This document shows, in pieces, positions 45,995 to 58,009 of a DNA stretch of 64,000 nt. The notes under the pieces are model-generated. The model searched no databases, was not told the DNA's origin, and worked only from the letters and a program-made list of their open reading frames with translations. Source of the stretch: Macrostomum lignano (lineage: Eukaryota); the NCBI GenBank assembly GCA_002269645.1, contig NIVC01000615.1, positions 1-64,000 on the forward strand. Direction: 5' to 3'. The position numbers and the translations under genes are program-made. Positions within the stretch are counted from its first letter, which is position 1. Each line of letters begins with the position of its first letter.

Positions 45995-47629
45995 TTAAAG
46001 ATTAAACCTTAGACCTAGGCGGCTAGGCCTAGGTCTAGTGCCTAGTGTTAGATTTTTAGAGATTTATTATATTGTGGAGATTTAGTATAGTAAAGTTGGA
46101 TTGGATTTAGATGTATTATATCATACCTATAATGTACATGTAATGTTGCTAAAAACCAATGAATGTTATAATGTTTATAGTAGGAGTGGGGTGGCTGCAA
46201 ATTAGATGACAAAATCATGACTTATAGCATAGGGTTTTACTAGGTACCCTATGCTATGGCTATGGCTATATATGCTATGATCTGATCTGGAATTGGAATA
46301 TCAATATTGATATTGTTTTTGGGATTTGTTTCCTATCCTAATTTTTATTGGTAGTCAAGATCCTATGGCTATGATTTTAGTCTTCAACTAGCAATCTAGC
46401 GCCCCCCTTCGGGGTGGCCAATAAGCAAGGGACGAATCCTTTAAAATGAAAAAAAATTCTTAGGGAGGGGGGCTAGGAATCGAATTCTCATTTTAATTCC
46501 AGGCTTATGTACCAATAAAACATGTTTGTGCAGAATTTTATAACAGACATTGAAATTCAACCATACTTGCCTTCTTTCAGAGCTACTTCTACCAGTATGC
46601 TTCAGTACGCTACCAGTACCCTTGTAAGCCTTGACATGTCAGCAATCCCCTCCCCCCCACAAGCCTTAACATATCAACTCCCCCCTTGACATCTCAGCGA
46701 TGCTTCCATAAGCCTTGAAATCTTAAAAAATCTGTCTACTTTCTAACCCTAACCCTAACCCTAACCCTAACCCTAACCCTAAAGCATTGAAATTTCAGTA
46801 ATTCTCTCTAAGAGTCTATAGCACTACTACAGCATTATAGCAATTCCCTGCAAGCCTCGACATCGTAGGGATTCCCAAATGAATCTCTTAACTTCGACAT
46901 GAAGCTTCTTTTTTTTTACATTACGCTTTTTCTATCAGCGATCCCTCCCGTGAGGAGCCAACAAATAATGTAATAACTTTTTTCCAATAAACTACATGTA
47001 GCTTCTGACATTAGCCTTGACATCTCATTTATTCCCCCGTGAGCCTTGACATCTCAGCCATAGATAGATAGATAGATAGATTCCCCTCGTAAGCCTTGAC
47101 ATGTCAGCGATGCCCCCCATAAACCTTGAAATCTAAAAAATCCCCTGTTAACCTTGAAACGCGCTAAAATCTAACCCTCAACCCAAACCTGACGTAAACC
47201 TAACTTTCACCCAACCTAAAGCCTTGAAATCTCAGCAATTCTTCTCCCCTAAGCCTTGGAATTTTAGTGATTCCTTCTTTAAGAATCACAGCACTATAAC
47301 GATTCCCTCCAAGCTTTGACATCGTAGCAATTCCCAAATGAATCTTTTAACTTTGACATGACTTTTATTTTATGTATACATAGTGCTCCTTTTATTTTTA
47401 CATGACTCTTCTTCTATCAGCGCCCCCCCCCACCGTGGCAAGCCAACAAAGAATGCAATAAAAAAACTTAAGTAAAGTACATGTACTTTGAAGTAGCTTC
47501 TGACTTTTGCTTTAAAATCTCAGAAACCCCCCTGTAATCTCAGTTATTCTCTGTGAGCCTTGACATCTCAGTGATTCTCCCCAGCACAGCACTATAGCTT
47601 CATTTAATTTTTATGACACTTGTTTCATG

Positions 47630-48390
47630 TCTGACATGACGCTTCTTTTGATTTTTACGTTACGCTTCTTTTATTCTTCCATGATGCTTCTTAATTTTTT
47701 AAATGACACACTTTCATTAGTTTTTATATGAGGCTTCTATGATTTTTTCATGACGCTTCTATGTTAACATGACGCTTCTATGCTTGTTTACATGACGCTT
47801 TTATGATTGTTTACATGACGCTTCTATGATTGTTTACATGACGCTTGTATGATTGTTTACATGACGCTTCTATGATTTTTACATGACGCTTCTATGATTT
47901 TTTCATGACGCTTCTATGATTTTTACATGACGCTTCTATGATTTTTACATGACGCTTCTATGATTTTTTACATGACGCTTCTATGATTGTTTACATGACG
48001 CTTGTATGATTGTTTACATGACGCTTCTATGATTTTTTATGACGCTTTTATGATTTTAACATGACGCTTCTATGATTTTTTACATGACGCTTCTATGATT
48101 GTTTACATGACGCTTGTATGATTGTTTACATGACGCTTGTATGATTTTAACATGACGCTTCTATGATTGTTTGCATGACGCTTCTATGATTTTTTTATGA
48201 CGCTTTTATGATTTTAACATGACGCTTCTATGATTTTTTTACATGACGCTTCTATGATTGTTTACATGACGCTTCTATGATTTTTACATGACGCTTCTAT
48301 GATTTTTACATGACGCTTCTATGATTTTTACATGACGCTTCTATGATTGTTTACATGACGCTTGTATGATTGTTTACATGACGCTTCCAT
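47630..48390. repeat. CATGACGCTTCTATG minisatellite (second array)
   Basis: Same monomer as 29355-30185. Confidence 0.95.
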
Positions 48391-48544
48391 AATTTTTTTT
48401 TGTCTTGGCGTTAAAAAGCTTTAATTAAAAAACTCTACTCTCTAAAAATTCGAACCATCGTCCCTGCATTTAGCAGTTTAGTCTGTTTACCTCTAGGCTA
48501 GCTCTCATGAATTTTAGTCATTACCCCTAAATAGAAAATATTCC

Positions 48545-48780
48545 CAAGACAGCAAGCATCCCCCCAGTAGCAAGCATCCCCTAATACTCCTAGCAAGCAT
48601 CCACCCAGATAGCAAGCATCTGCAGATAGCAAGCATCTGCAGATAGCAAGCATCTTGCAGATAGCAAGCATCTTGCAGATAGCAAGCATACCCCAAATAA
48701 TGTAGAAGCATCCTTCCAGATAGCAAGCATCCTGCACATAGCAAGAATCCCTAAATAGCAAGCATCCCTGGATAGAAATA
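48545..48780. repeat. AGATAGCAAGCATC minisatellite
   Basis: Tandem ~16-bp monomers. Confidence 0.9.
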
Positions 48781-48809
48781 ATCCTATACATGTAGCCAAG
48801 CTTATCAAG

Positions 48810-50110
48810 CGCAGTAATCCTTGGCTATCGAGTGCAGTAATCCTTGATTTATTAATAGCAATAATCCTTGGCTTATCGAGTGCAGTAATCCTTGGTTTAT
48901 TAATAGCAATAATCCTTGATTAATCAAGTGCAGTAATCCTTGGTTTGCCAAGAGCAATAGTCCTTGGTTTATTGAGTGCAGTAATCCTTGGTTTATTAAT
49001 AGCAATAATCCTTGGCTTATCGAGTGCAGTAATCCTTGGTTTGCCAAGTGCATAATCCTTGGTTTATTAATAGCAATAATCCTTGGTTTATCGAGTGCAG
49101 TAATCCTTGGTTTATTAATAGCAATAATCCTTGGCTTATCGAGTGCAGTAATCCTTGGTTTATTAATAGCAATAATCCATGGCTTATTGAGTGCAGTAAT
49201 CCTTGGTTTGCCAAGAGCAATAGTCCTTGGCTTATCGAGTGCAGTAATCCTTGGTTTGCCAAGAGCAATAGTCCTTGGTTTATTGAGTGCAGTAATCCTT
49301 GGTTTATTAATAGCAATAATCCTTGGCTTATCGAGTGCAGTAATCCTTGGTTTGCCAAGTGCATAATCCTTGGTTTATTAATAGCAATAATCCTTGGTTT
49401 ATCGAGTGCAGTAATCCTTGGTTTATTAATAGCAATAATCCTTGGCTTATCGAGTGCAGTAATCCTTGGTTTATTAATAGCAATAATCCATGGCTTATCG
49501 AGTGCAGTAATCCTTGGTTTGCCAAGAGCAATAGTCCTTGGCTTATCGAGTGCAGTAATCCTTGGTTTGCCAAGAGCAATAGTCCTTGGTTTATTGAGTG
49601 CAGTAATCCTTGGTTTATTAATAGCGATAGTCCTTGGTTTATTGAGTGCAGTAATCCTTGGTTTATTAATAGCAATAATCCTTGGCTTATTGAGTGCAGT
49701 AATCCTTGGTTTGCCAAGTGCATAATCCTTGGTTTATTAATAGCAATAATCCTTGGTTTATCGAGTGCAGTAATCCTTGGTTTGCCAAGTGCATAATCCT
49801 TGGTTTATTAATAGCAATAATCCTTGGTTTATCGAGTGCAGTAATCCTTGGTTTATTAATAGCAATAATCCTTGGCTTATCGAGTGCAGTAATCCTTGGT
49901 TTATTAATAGCAATAATCCATGGCTTATCGAGTGCAGTAATCCTTGGTTTGCCAAGAGCAATAGTCCTTGGCTTATCGAGTGCAGTAATCCTTGGTTTGC
50001 CAGGAGCAATAGTCCTTGGTTTATTAATAGCAATAATCCTTGGCTTATCGAGTGCAGTATTCCTTGGTTTGCCAAGAGCAATAATCCTTAGCTTATCGAG
50101 TGCAGTAATC
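48810..50110. repeat. 24-bp minisatellite (ATCCTTGGTTTATCGAGTGCAGTA)n
   Basis: About 54 monomers of alternating variants, with higher-order duplication. Confidence 0.95.
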
Positions 50111-50979
50111 TAAGTGTTTTTATTTAGTCCTTTAATAAAAGCTTTTAATAAAAAATTTTACACTACTACTTTTAAACTACTTAGATTCGAACCCAGGTCG
50201 CTGCATTAGCAGTCTGGTCTGCTCAGCTCTAGGCTAGCTTCCCTAGGCTAGGGAAGCAGTTATGACATAATCAATTTCTTAGGCAAGTCAGTACCAGTGT
50301 CTATGAAAGCTAACAATATGGTATGGTTACGTAATATAAATTCAGTACTGCACTATGCTTTCACACTCAAAGCTGTGACGCAATTCAATTGAGTGTCAAA
50401 TTCAGCCAGTACACAGACAATAAATAAAGTGTATTGTGATGCAATCTATTTCAGAATCAGAATTCAACCAGTCAGTTTTTTCTCTAGCATTTTTACAGTG
50501 CGTTTCAAGTCGAAATAGCTGCTTGACCTTTGCAAAAAAGCATGTTTTCGAATATTTAATCCCTTTAGCATCGAGCAATTTCTTAGCCACGATGCATGTA
50601 CCGTCACGGAAAAATTTCTGATCGAATGGTGCAAGTTTGAACAAAATCGGTTGAGCCATTTTTGCTAAAATCGATCACACACACACACATACACACACAC
50701 ACATATACCGACAGACCATTTTTAGTATATGGACTAGCAATCTAGTGCGGCCCCCCTTCGGGGCGCCCAATAAGAAAGGAGCAAAAATAGTTCATGGAAA
50801 ACAATAAAAAAACACATTTTCTTAAACACTAATTCCTTCTTCACATTTTAAAAATCACCTTATTCGTGTAAAATTGTCACAGACTAAGATGTTTGCAAAA
50901 TTAAAAAATCACTTTTTCTCTAAAATTAACAAACAGTCAACAAAATATCGTTTCCCTAAATAGAAAATATTCCCAAGAC

Positions 50980-51390
50980 AGCAAGCAACCCCTCCAAAAG
51001 TGAACAATCGCAGATAGCAAGCATCCTCTAATGCTCATAGCAAGAATCACCACAGATAGCAAGCATCTGCAGATTAGCAAGCACCCCCCAGATATTATAG
51101 AAGCATCCACCCAGATAGCAAGCATTCTGCAGATAGCAAGCACCCCCAGATATTATAGAAGCATTCAGCAGATAGCAAGCACCCCCCAGATATTATAGAA
51201 GCATCCACCCAGATAGCAAGCATCCTGCAGATAGCAAGAATCCCTAAATAGCAAGCATCCTGCAGATAGCAAGAATCCCTGAATAGCAAGCATCCCTGGA
51301 TAGAAAGAATCCCATGCATGTAGCCAGTACCCCCTCTCCCAAATAGCAAGTATCCCCCCTCGAGAGCAAGCATCCACAAGACAGCAAGTA
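50980..51390. repeat. AGATAGCAAGCATC minisatellite (third array)
   Basis: Tandem ~16-bp monomers with spacer variants. Confidence 0.9.
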
Positions 51391-51504
51391 GCTAGTGCAA
51401 ATGTTACTTCCGCTAATGCAATAATCGCTTTCTCAGGTTGTGCAACAATCCACGTCTCAGCGAGCGCAATAATCTCTTTTTTAGACAGCGCAGTAATCAG
51501 CTTC

Positions 51505-53940
51505 TCAGCTAGTGCAATAATCCTTGGTTTATCAAGTGCAATAATCCTTGGTTTATCAAGTGCAGTAATCTTTGGCTTATAAAGTGCAATAATCCTTGGT
51601 TTATCAAGTGCAATAATCCTTTGTTTATCAAGTGCAATAATCCTTGGTTTATCAAGTGCAATAATCCTTGGTTTATTAAGTGCAATAATCCTTGGTTTAT
51701 TAAGTGCAATAATCCTTGGTTTATCTAGCGCAGTAATCCTTGGCTTATCAGGTGCAATAATCCTTGGTTTATCAAGTGCAATATTTGTTTATCAAGTGCA
51801 ATAATCCTTGGTTTATCAAGTGAAATAATCCTTGGTTTATCAAGTGCAATAATCCTTGGCTTATCAACTGCAATAATCCTTGGTTTATCAAGCGCAGTAA
51901 TCTTTGGCCTATCAAGTGCAATAATCCTTGGTTTATCAAGTGCAGTAATCCTTGGCCTATCAAGTGCAATAATCCTTGGTTTATCAAGTGCAATAATCCT
52001 TGGTTTATCAAGTGTAATAATCCTTGGTTTATCAAGTGCAATAATCCTTGGCTTATCAACTGCAATAATCCTTGGTTTATCAAGTGCAATAATCCTTGGT
52101 TTATCAAGCGCAGTAATCCTTGGCCTATCAAGTGCAATAATCCTTGGCTTATCAAGTGCAATAATCCTTGGTTTATCAAGTGCAATAATCCTTGGTTTAT
52201 CAAGTGCAGTAATCCTTGGCCTATCAAGTGCAATAATCCTTGGTTTGCCAAGAGCAATAATCCTTAGTTTATCGAGTGCAGTAATCCTTAGTTTTCCAAG
52301 TGCAGTAATCCTTGGTTTATTAAGAGCAATAATCCTTGGCTTATCGAGTGCAGTAATCCTTGGTTTGCCAAGAGCAATAATCCTTGGTTTATCAAGTGCA
52401 ATAATCCTTGGTTTATCAAGTGCAATAATCCTTGGTTTATTAAGTGCAATAATCCTTGGTTTATCAGATGCAATAATCCTTGGCTTATCAACTGCAATAA
52501 TCCTTGGTTTATCAAGTGCAATAATCCGTGGCTTATCAAGTGCAATAATCCTTGGTTTATCAAGTGCAATAATCCTTGGTTTATCAAGCGCAGTAATCTT
52601 TGGCCTATCAAGTGCAATAATCCTTTGTTTATCAAGTGCAATAATCCTTGGTTTATCAAGTGCAATAATCTTTGGTTTATCAGATGCAATAATCCTTGGC
52701 TTATCAACTGCAATAATCATTGGTTTATCAAGTGCAATAATCCTTGGCTTATCAAGTGCAATAATCCTTGGTTTATCAAGTGCAATAATCCTTGGTTTAT
52801 CAAGCGCAGTAATTTTTGGCCTATCAAGTGCAATAATCCTTGGTTTATCAAGTGCAGTAATCCTTGGCCTATCAAGTGCAATAATCCTTGGTTTATCAAG
52901 TGCAATAGTCTTTGGTTTATCGAGTGCAGTAATCCTTAGTTTTCCAAGTGCAGTAATCCTTGGTTTATTAAGAGCAATAATCCTTGGTTTATCGAGTGGA
53001 GTAGTCCTTGGTTTATTAATATCAATAATCCTTGAATAATCCAGTGCATTAATCCTTGGCTTATCAAGTGCAACATTCTTTACTATCAAGTGCAATAATC
53101 CATGGCTTATCAAGTGCAATAATCCTTGGCTTATCAAGTGCAATAATCCTTGGTTTATCAAGTGCAATAATCCTTTGTTTATCAAGTGCAATAATCCTTT
53201 GTTTATCAAGTGCAATAATCCTTTGTTTATCAAGTGCAATAATCCTTGGTTTATCAAGCGCAGTAATCCTTGGCTTATCAAGTGCAATAATCCTTGGTTT
53301 ATCAAGTGCAATAATCCTTGGTTTATCAAGCGCAGTAATCTTTGGCCTATCAAGTGCAATAATCCTTGGTTTATCAAGTGCAGTAATCCTTGGCCTATCA
53401 AGTGCAATATTCCTTGGTTTATCAAGTGCAATAGTCCTTGGTTTATCGAGTGCAGTAATCCTTGGTTTTCCAAGTGCAATAATCCTTGGCTTCTTGAGTG
53501 CAGTAATCCTTGGTTTGCCAAGAGCAATAGTCCTTGGTTTATCGAGTGCAGTAATCCTTGGTTTTCCAAGTGCAGTAATCCTTGGTTTATTAATAGCAAT
53601 AATCCTTGGCTTCTTGAGTGCAGTAATCCTTGGTTTGCCAAGAGCAATAGTCCTTGGTTTATCGAGTGCAGTAATCCTTGGTTTTCCAAGTGCAATAATC
53701 CTTGGCTTCCTGAGTGCAGTAATCCTTGGTTTGCCAAGAGCAATAGTCCTTGGTTTATCGAGTGCAGTAATCCTTGGTTTTCCAAGTGCAGTAATCCTTG
53801 GTTTATTAATAGCAATAATCCTTGGCTTCTTGAGTGCAGTAATCCTTGGTTTGCCAAGAGCAATAGTCCTTGGTTTATCGAGTGCAGTAGTCCTTGGTTT
53901 ATTAATAGCAATAATCCTTGGCTTATCGAGTGCAGTAATC
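51505..53940. repeat. 24-bp minisatellite (ATAATCCTTGGTTTATCAAGTGCA)n, ~100 copies
   Basis: 24-nt period; degenerate proto-monomers at 51410-51505. Confidence 0.97.
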
Positions 53941-54623
53941 TAAGTGTTTTTATTTAGTCCTTTAATAAAACCTTTTAATAAAAAAATTTACACTACTACT
54001 TTTAAACTACTTAGATTCGAACCTAGGTCGCTGCATTAGCAGTCTGGTCTGTTCAGCTCTAGGCTAGCTCTCATCGAAGTTATCAGTGATGTTGTACCAC
54101 TTATATAATTCAACACTCACACCAAGTCAGGTAGAGTAAAAAGTCTCACGAAGCAGTTATGACATAATCAATTTCTTAGGCAAGTCAGTACCAGTGTCTA
54201 TGAAAGTTTACAATATGGTTACGTAATATAAATTCAGTACTGCGCTATGCTTTCACACTCAAAGCTGTGACGCAATTCAATTGAGTGTCAAATTCAGCCA
54301 GTACACAGACGATAAATAAAGTGTATTGTGATGCAATCTATTTCAGAATCAGAATTCAACCAGTCAGTTTTTCTGCTAGCATTCTTACGATGCATTTCAA
54401 GTCGAAAGAGCTGCTTGACCTTTGCAAAAAAGCATGTTTTTCGAATATTTAATCCCTTTAGCATCGAGCAATTTCTTAGCCACGATGCATGTACCGTCAC
54501 GGGAAAATTTCTGATCGAACAGTGCAAGTTCGAAGAAAATCGGTTGAGCCGTTTTTGCTAAAATCGATCACACACACACACATACACACACACACATACC
54601 GACAGACCATTTTTAGTATATGG

Positions 54624-54757
54624 ATATTAAGATTAGCAACCTAACTAACCTATCTAATCTATCCTGATGGTTTTAGGGTTCAAGATATCTTCAATATTAA
54701 GATTAGCAACCTAACTAACCTATCTAATCTATCCTGATGGTTTTAGGGTTCAAGATA
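54624..54757 (+). repeat. 70-bp tandem duplication whose first copy is split by B3+B4
   Basis: Intact copy 54688-54757 (TCTTCAATATTAAG...CAAGATA); first copy is 46381-46386 plus 54624-54687. Confidence 0.85.
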
Positions 54758-55856
54758 TGATACTGAATTGAAATATAAAAAAGGTCATTTGCACTAGTTT
54801 TTTGTCCTAAAATAGCAAATCTATAAGGGGCGTATCATAGTTTATTGAAAAAACGTTTTGAAACTATAGTTTTATTTAAAAGCAAATAGGTTATATTTTA
54901 GTAAGTGTGATTGTTGTTGCTACAGAAACATGCCTTTATAGAGACAAGAAATTTGCTTCTAAATTCCTATGAGTTTTGATTGCCTAATTATCTAAAGTTG
55001 TTTTTTCTAAAAGATAACATATATACTTAATGTATTGGTTTCCCGACAGACATTCAGAAGTCATTCAGTAAATGTTTAACAAAGTTGTCTATTTAGTATG
55101 CAAGACAGTGCAAATTTTTATGCTTGTTTCTACTTTAAAAAGAAACATTAGACATACACAAAGACACTTTACAAGCTGAGATATCCCCTAGCAACAGTTG
55201 TTACAACATTTTCCAATATTCCAAATACTATATATAGTTGTTTTTGAGGAGCTGCTACATCGTTGCACTTTGCTCTTTTTGGCTAAGTCAGCCAATGGCC
55301 AATGTTCTTTAAACATTCAGCTGCTAATGTGTATGGTTCAAAAATCATCTTAATATCTGTATCTAAAGAGACAGCTCATCAAACTTAAAATCAGCCTTCA
55401 AAAATTTTTACATGGTTTGTGAATCCTGGGTCCTTCTTCAATAATTGTCCTTGTATGTATATATATTGTAGGTTGCAATGTAATTTGGAGTGCTAAATTA
55501 TGGCTTACTACTGTTGACTTATTTCCCAGATTGACAATGCTATCTCTTAGGCAAGAAAGGCACATTCCATTCCTAAAGATTACCAAAATTGAGATCCAAT
55601 TTTTTAATTTTTAGCTCACAACTGGGAATGAGAAATAACTTGAGAGATTGTATAACTATGTGGAATTGGCTTTGGAAAGCCAAATCTATATGTAGCACCC
55701 GGTGTTCACCCATGCAACCTTCTCATGAAGAGAAGTCTTGTTTCCAATAGAACAGCAATTCATTTAGACCTCATAGCTCCACGGAATACCAGCCAACCAG
55801 TGGCCAGGCTAAAGCCTAGCCAGCCACTGGCCAGGCGACCAACAATGAGAGAGCCA

Positions 55857-56097
55857 GAAGTCCTGAAGGGACTCCTGAAGGGACTCCTGAAGAGACTCCT
55901 GAAGGGACTCCTAAAGGGACTCCTGAAGGGACTCCTGAAGAGAGTCCTGAAGAGACTCCTGAAGGGACTCTTGAAGAGATTCCTAAAGGGACTCCTAAAA
56001 GGACTCTGGAAGGGACTCCTGAAGAGACTCCTGAAGGGACTCCTGAAGAGATTCCTGAAGAGACTCCTAAAAGGACTCTGGAAGGGACTCCTAAAAG
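55857..56097. repeat. 12-bp minisatellite (G[G/A]GACTCCTGAA)n
   Basis: About 20 tandem monomers. Confidence 0.95.
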
Positions 56098-58009
56098 GCA
56101 ACTTGTTATGGACTGCTCCTCAATCTCAATGAATGAAGTGACAGCGACAATGACAATATCAATTAAAGCTATAAAGAAGATTCATTTAGTAATTAATAAT
56201 TCCAAGTATGTTTTTTTCGAAGCTAGTACTAAATGAAGCTCTCTGCAAATCATTGAGATCTGTATCGTCTTGTTGCCTTCGCATGAGGGGGTACTATCAT
56301 GTTAATGCAATTAAATCTAGAAAAAATATACAAATTTCTGGACAATAAGGGTTGAGTGCAAGATGCAAGAGTGCAAAAGAGAACTTATTTTTATAATGAA
56401 AGAAGAACCCCAATTGCAAGAATGCTGGGAGTGGCATGTCATCAGACAAGGTCTCTTTGACCACTCGAAAGCCAAATCATCAACTTTTAGAAGAATAACA
56501 GAGGATGAGGAAGAAAATTTCACAAAACTTGTTGCAGAGCATAGTGTGTCAGGAAATTTTCTTTGCCATTTTGAGAGTCATGTCTTACTTTCTTCTAGCA
56601 GTTGTTCAACAACTTTGTTGTCTCGATGACTTGTGACAATCCGATCTGTTATAGTTGATACTCTAGACAGGGGTGTGGAATCTCAAGAAGTTACATTTAC
56701 TTGCAATTTCTTTCAGAGCTATTTTTGTTGCTTCATTTGCTTCCTTATGTTGCTTTTTTTGCTATGTTTAAATACTACCCAACATTTTTTACATTTGCTC
56801 TCAAAAATCTTAGCTTAAGTAGCAGTACAATCATTGTAGTATTAGTAATAAAAATAACAGTATAGTAACATTAATAGTAATAAATACAAGTGCAAATAGT
56901 TGTAAATGTAGGGTAAGACTTGGATAGGGAAACAAGACCTTCATTAATTATAGTGTTTTATATTTCACCATTTTAACATATTTTAGCCCCTTTTTGACCT
57001 TGCTTTTTTGTTTATTAATTTATTAGTTTATTTTTTTAATTATCTTTCTTTTTATTTGCATTTTGCCTTAATTCATTTTTGCTTTTTTGGCTTATTTAGG
57101 TCCCATTGTCAGGAAGGTTTCTAGTGGTTTTAGGTGAAATAGTTCTTTAGGCAAAGGTTTTGGTATATGCCAAGTATGCTAAGACTCTCCAACCCCTAAT
57201 TATAAAGTTTTAACCTTTTAATCTTGACATTGTTTGCTCAATTTTGTTTAACTCTATATGGACTTACAAACTACAATACACTAAAAGACTTGAACCCAAT
57301 TCCCAAATTCCAATCCCAATCCTGAGAAAAAAATTATTCCTGATCCCAATCCTACCCAATGATTCCAATCAATCCTGTCCAACCTCTAATGTACAGTTTA
57401 AAATTATATTTTTTGAAAAGAATTCATTAACAAAAACAGCTTGCAGAATGAAAATTTTAGATATAAAAGTTATAATTGTTCAAATAAAGGATTGCATATT
57501 GACACATTAAACAAACTTTTAAGTGCAGTGGAACTCCTAGCCTGCAATTTTGTTTTATCTTCTTGTTCAAATTAAGGATTTTGGATGCAGTTGAAATTAA
57601 GTAACCATCTTTGATGGTTAAAGGGCACCCTCTATCCTCATTGCTTGTTAAATGCAGTTGATTTGCCATAGCCTTTGTTTCTAGTGTGTTTATTTTTGCT
57701 ATTCAGTCTCAGATTTCTAGATTTGATCAGATTGCAAAAACCAATATTAAGTTGTATATTGTGTGTTATTTATTTCTTTCATTTGAAGTAATTTGATGTT
57801 TTAGCAACAGCAATAAATGGTAAAGTACTTAGCAACCCAGGGCACTAGCAATTCCTATTCATGCCCTCCAAGGCTCCAATCCAGGAGTAGAGATATTGAT
57901 ATTTTATTGAATTTTAGGCATATGTCCAAAAAGTGCAGATTATAATTTTTTATGGCTAAAAGTAATGCATATTCCCAATAATTAATAGGAGTTAATACCA
58001 TAACATTGC

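Larger units (their letters stand above)
46387..50732 (-). mobile_element. Family-B element B3 (composite: B1-like and B4-like halves)
   Basis: Minus strand starts CCATATACTAAAAATGG and ends hairpin(GAA loop)-TAGATTGCTAGT. Two tRNA-like boxes (48448-48500, 50185-50236), three minisatellite arrays, and (TAACCC)6 at 46744-46782. Confidence 0.8.
50733..54623 (-). mobile_element. Family-B element B4, head-to-tail with B3
   Basis: The B4/B3 junction on the minus strand reads CTAGT|CCATATACTAAA. tRNA-like box at 54015-54066; (AC)n microsatellite ~54567-54597. Removing B3+B4 restores TCTTCAATATTAAG. Confidence 0.8.

Noticed and set aside
944-46782. True telomere or chromosome-fusion site
   Set aside because: Tracts are only ~2-7 repeats, embedded at a fixed place inside repeated elements, and no head-to-head TTAGGG/CCCTAA junction is present.
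51725-53911. 728-aa ORF (LLHLINQG / DKPRIIAL repeats) and overlapping ORFs
   Set aside because: A stop-free 24-bp satellite read in several frames on both strands; the repeat changes register mid-ORF. Not an LRR or real protein.
30245-54066. Functional tRNA genes (Ser-GCT or Gly-GCC)
   Set aside because: Acceptor and anticodon stems do not pair and the apparent anticodon differs between copies; reported only as tRNA-derived promoter units.
55725-56132. LLKG/LLKR repeat ORF resembling an amphipathic peptide
   Set aside because: 12-bp minisatellite; open on both strands; no other gene evidence.
57457-57669. 70-aa ORF divergent from LSM2
   Set aside because: No recognisable homology or clear splice structure; needs transcript data.
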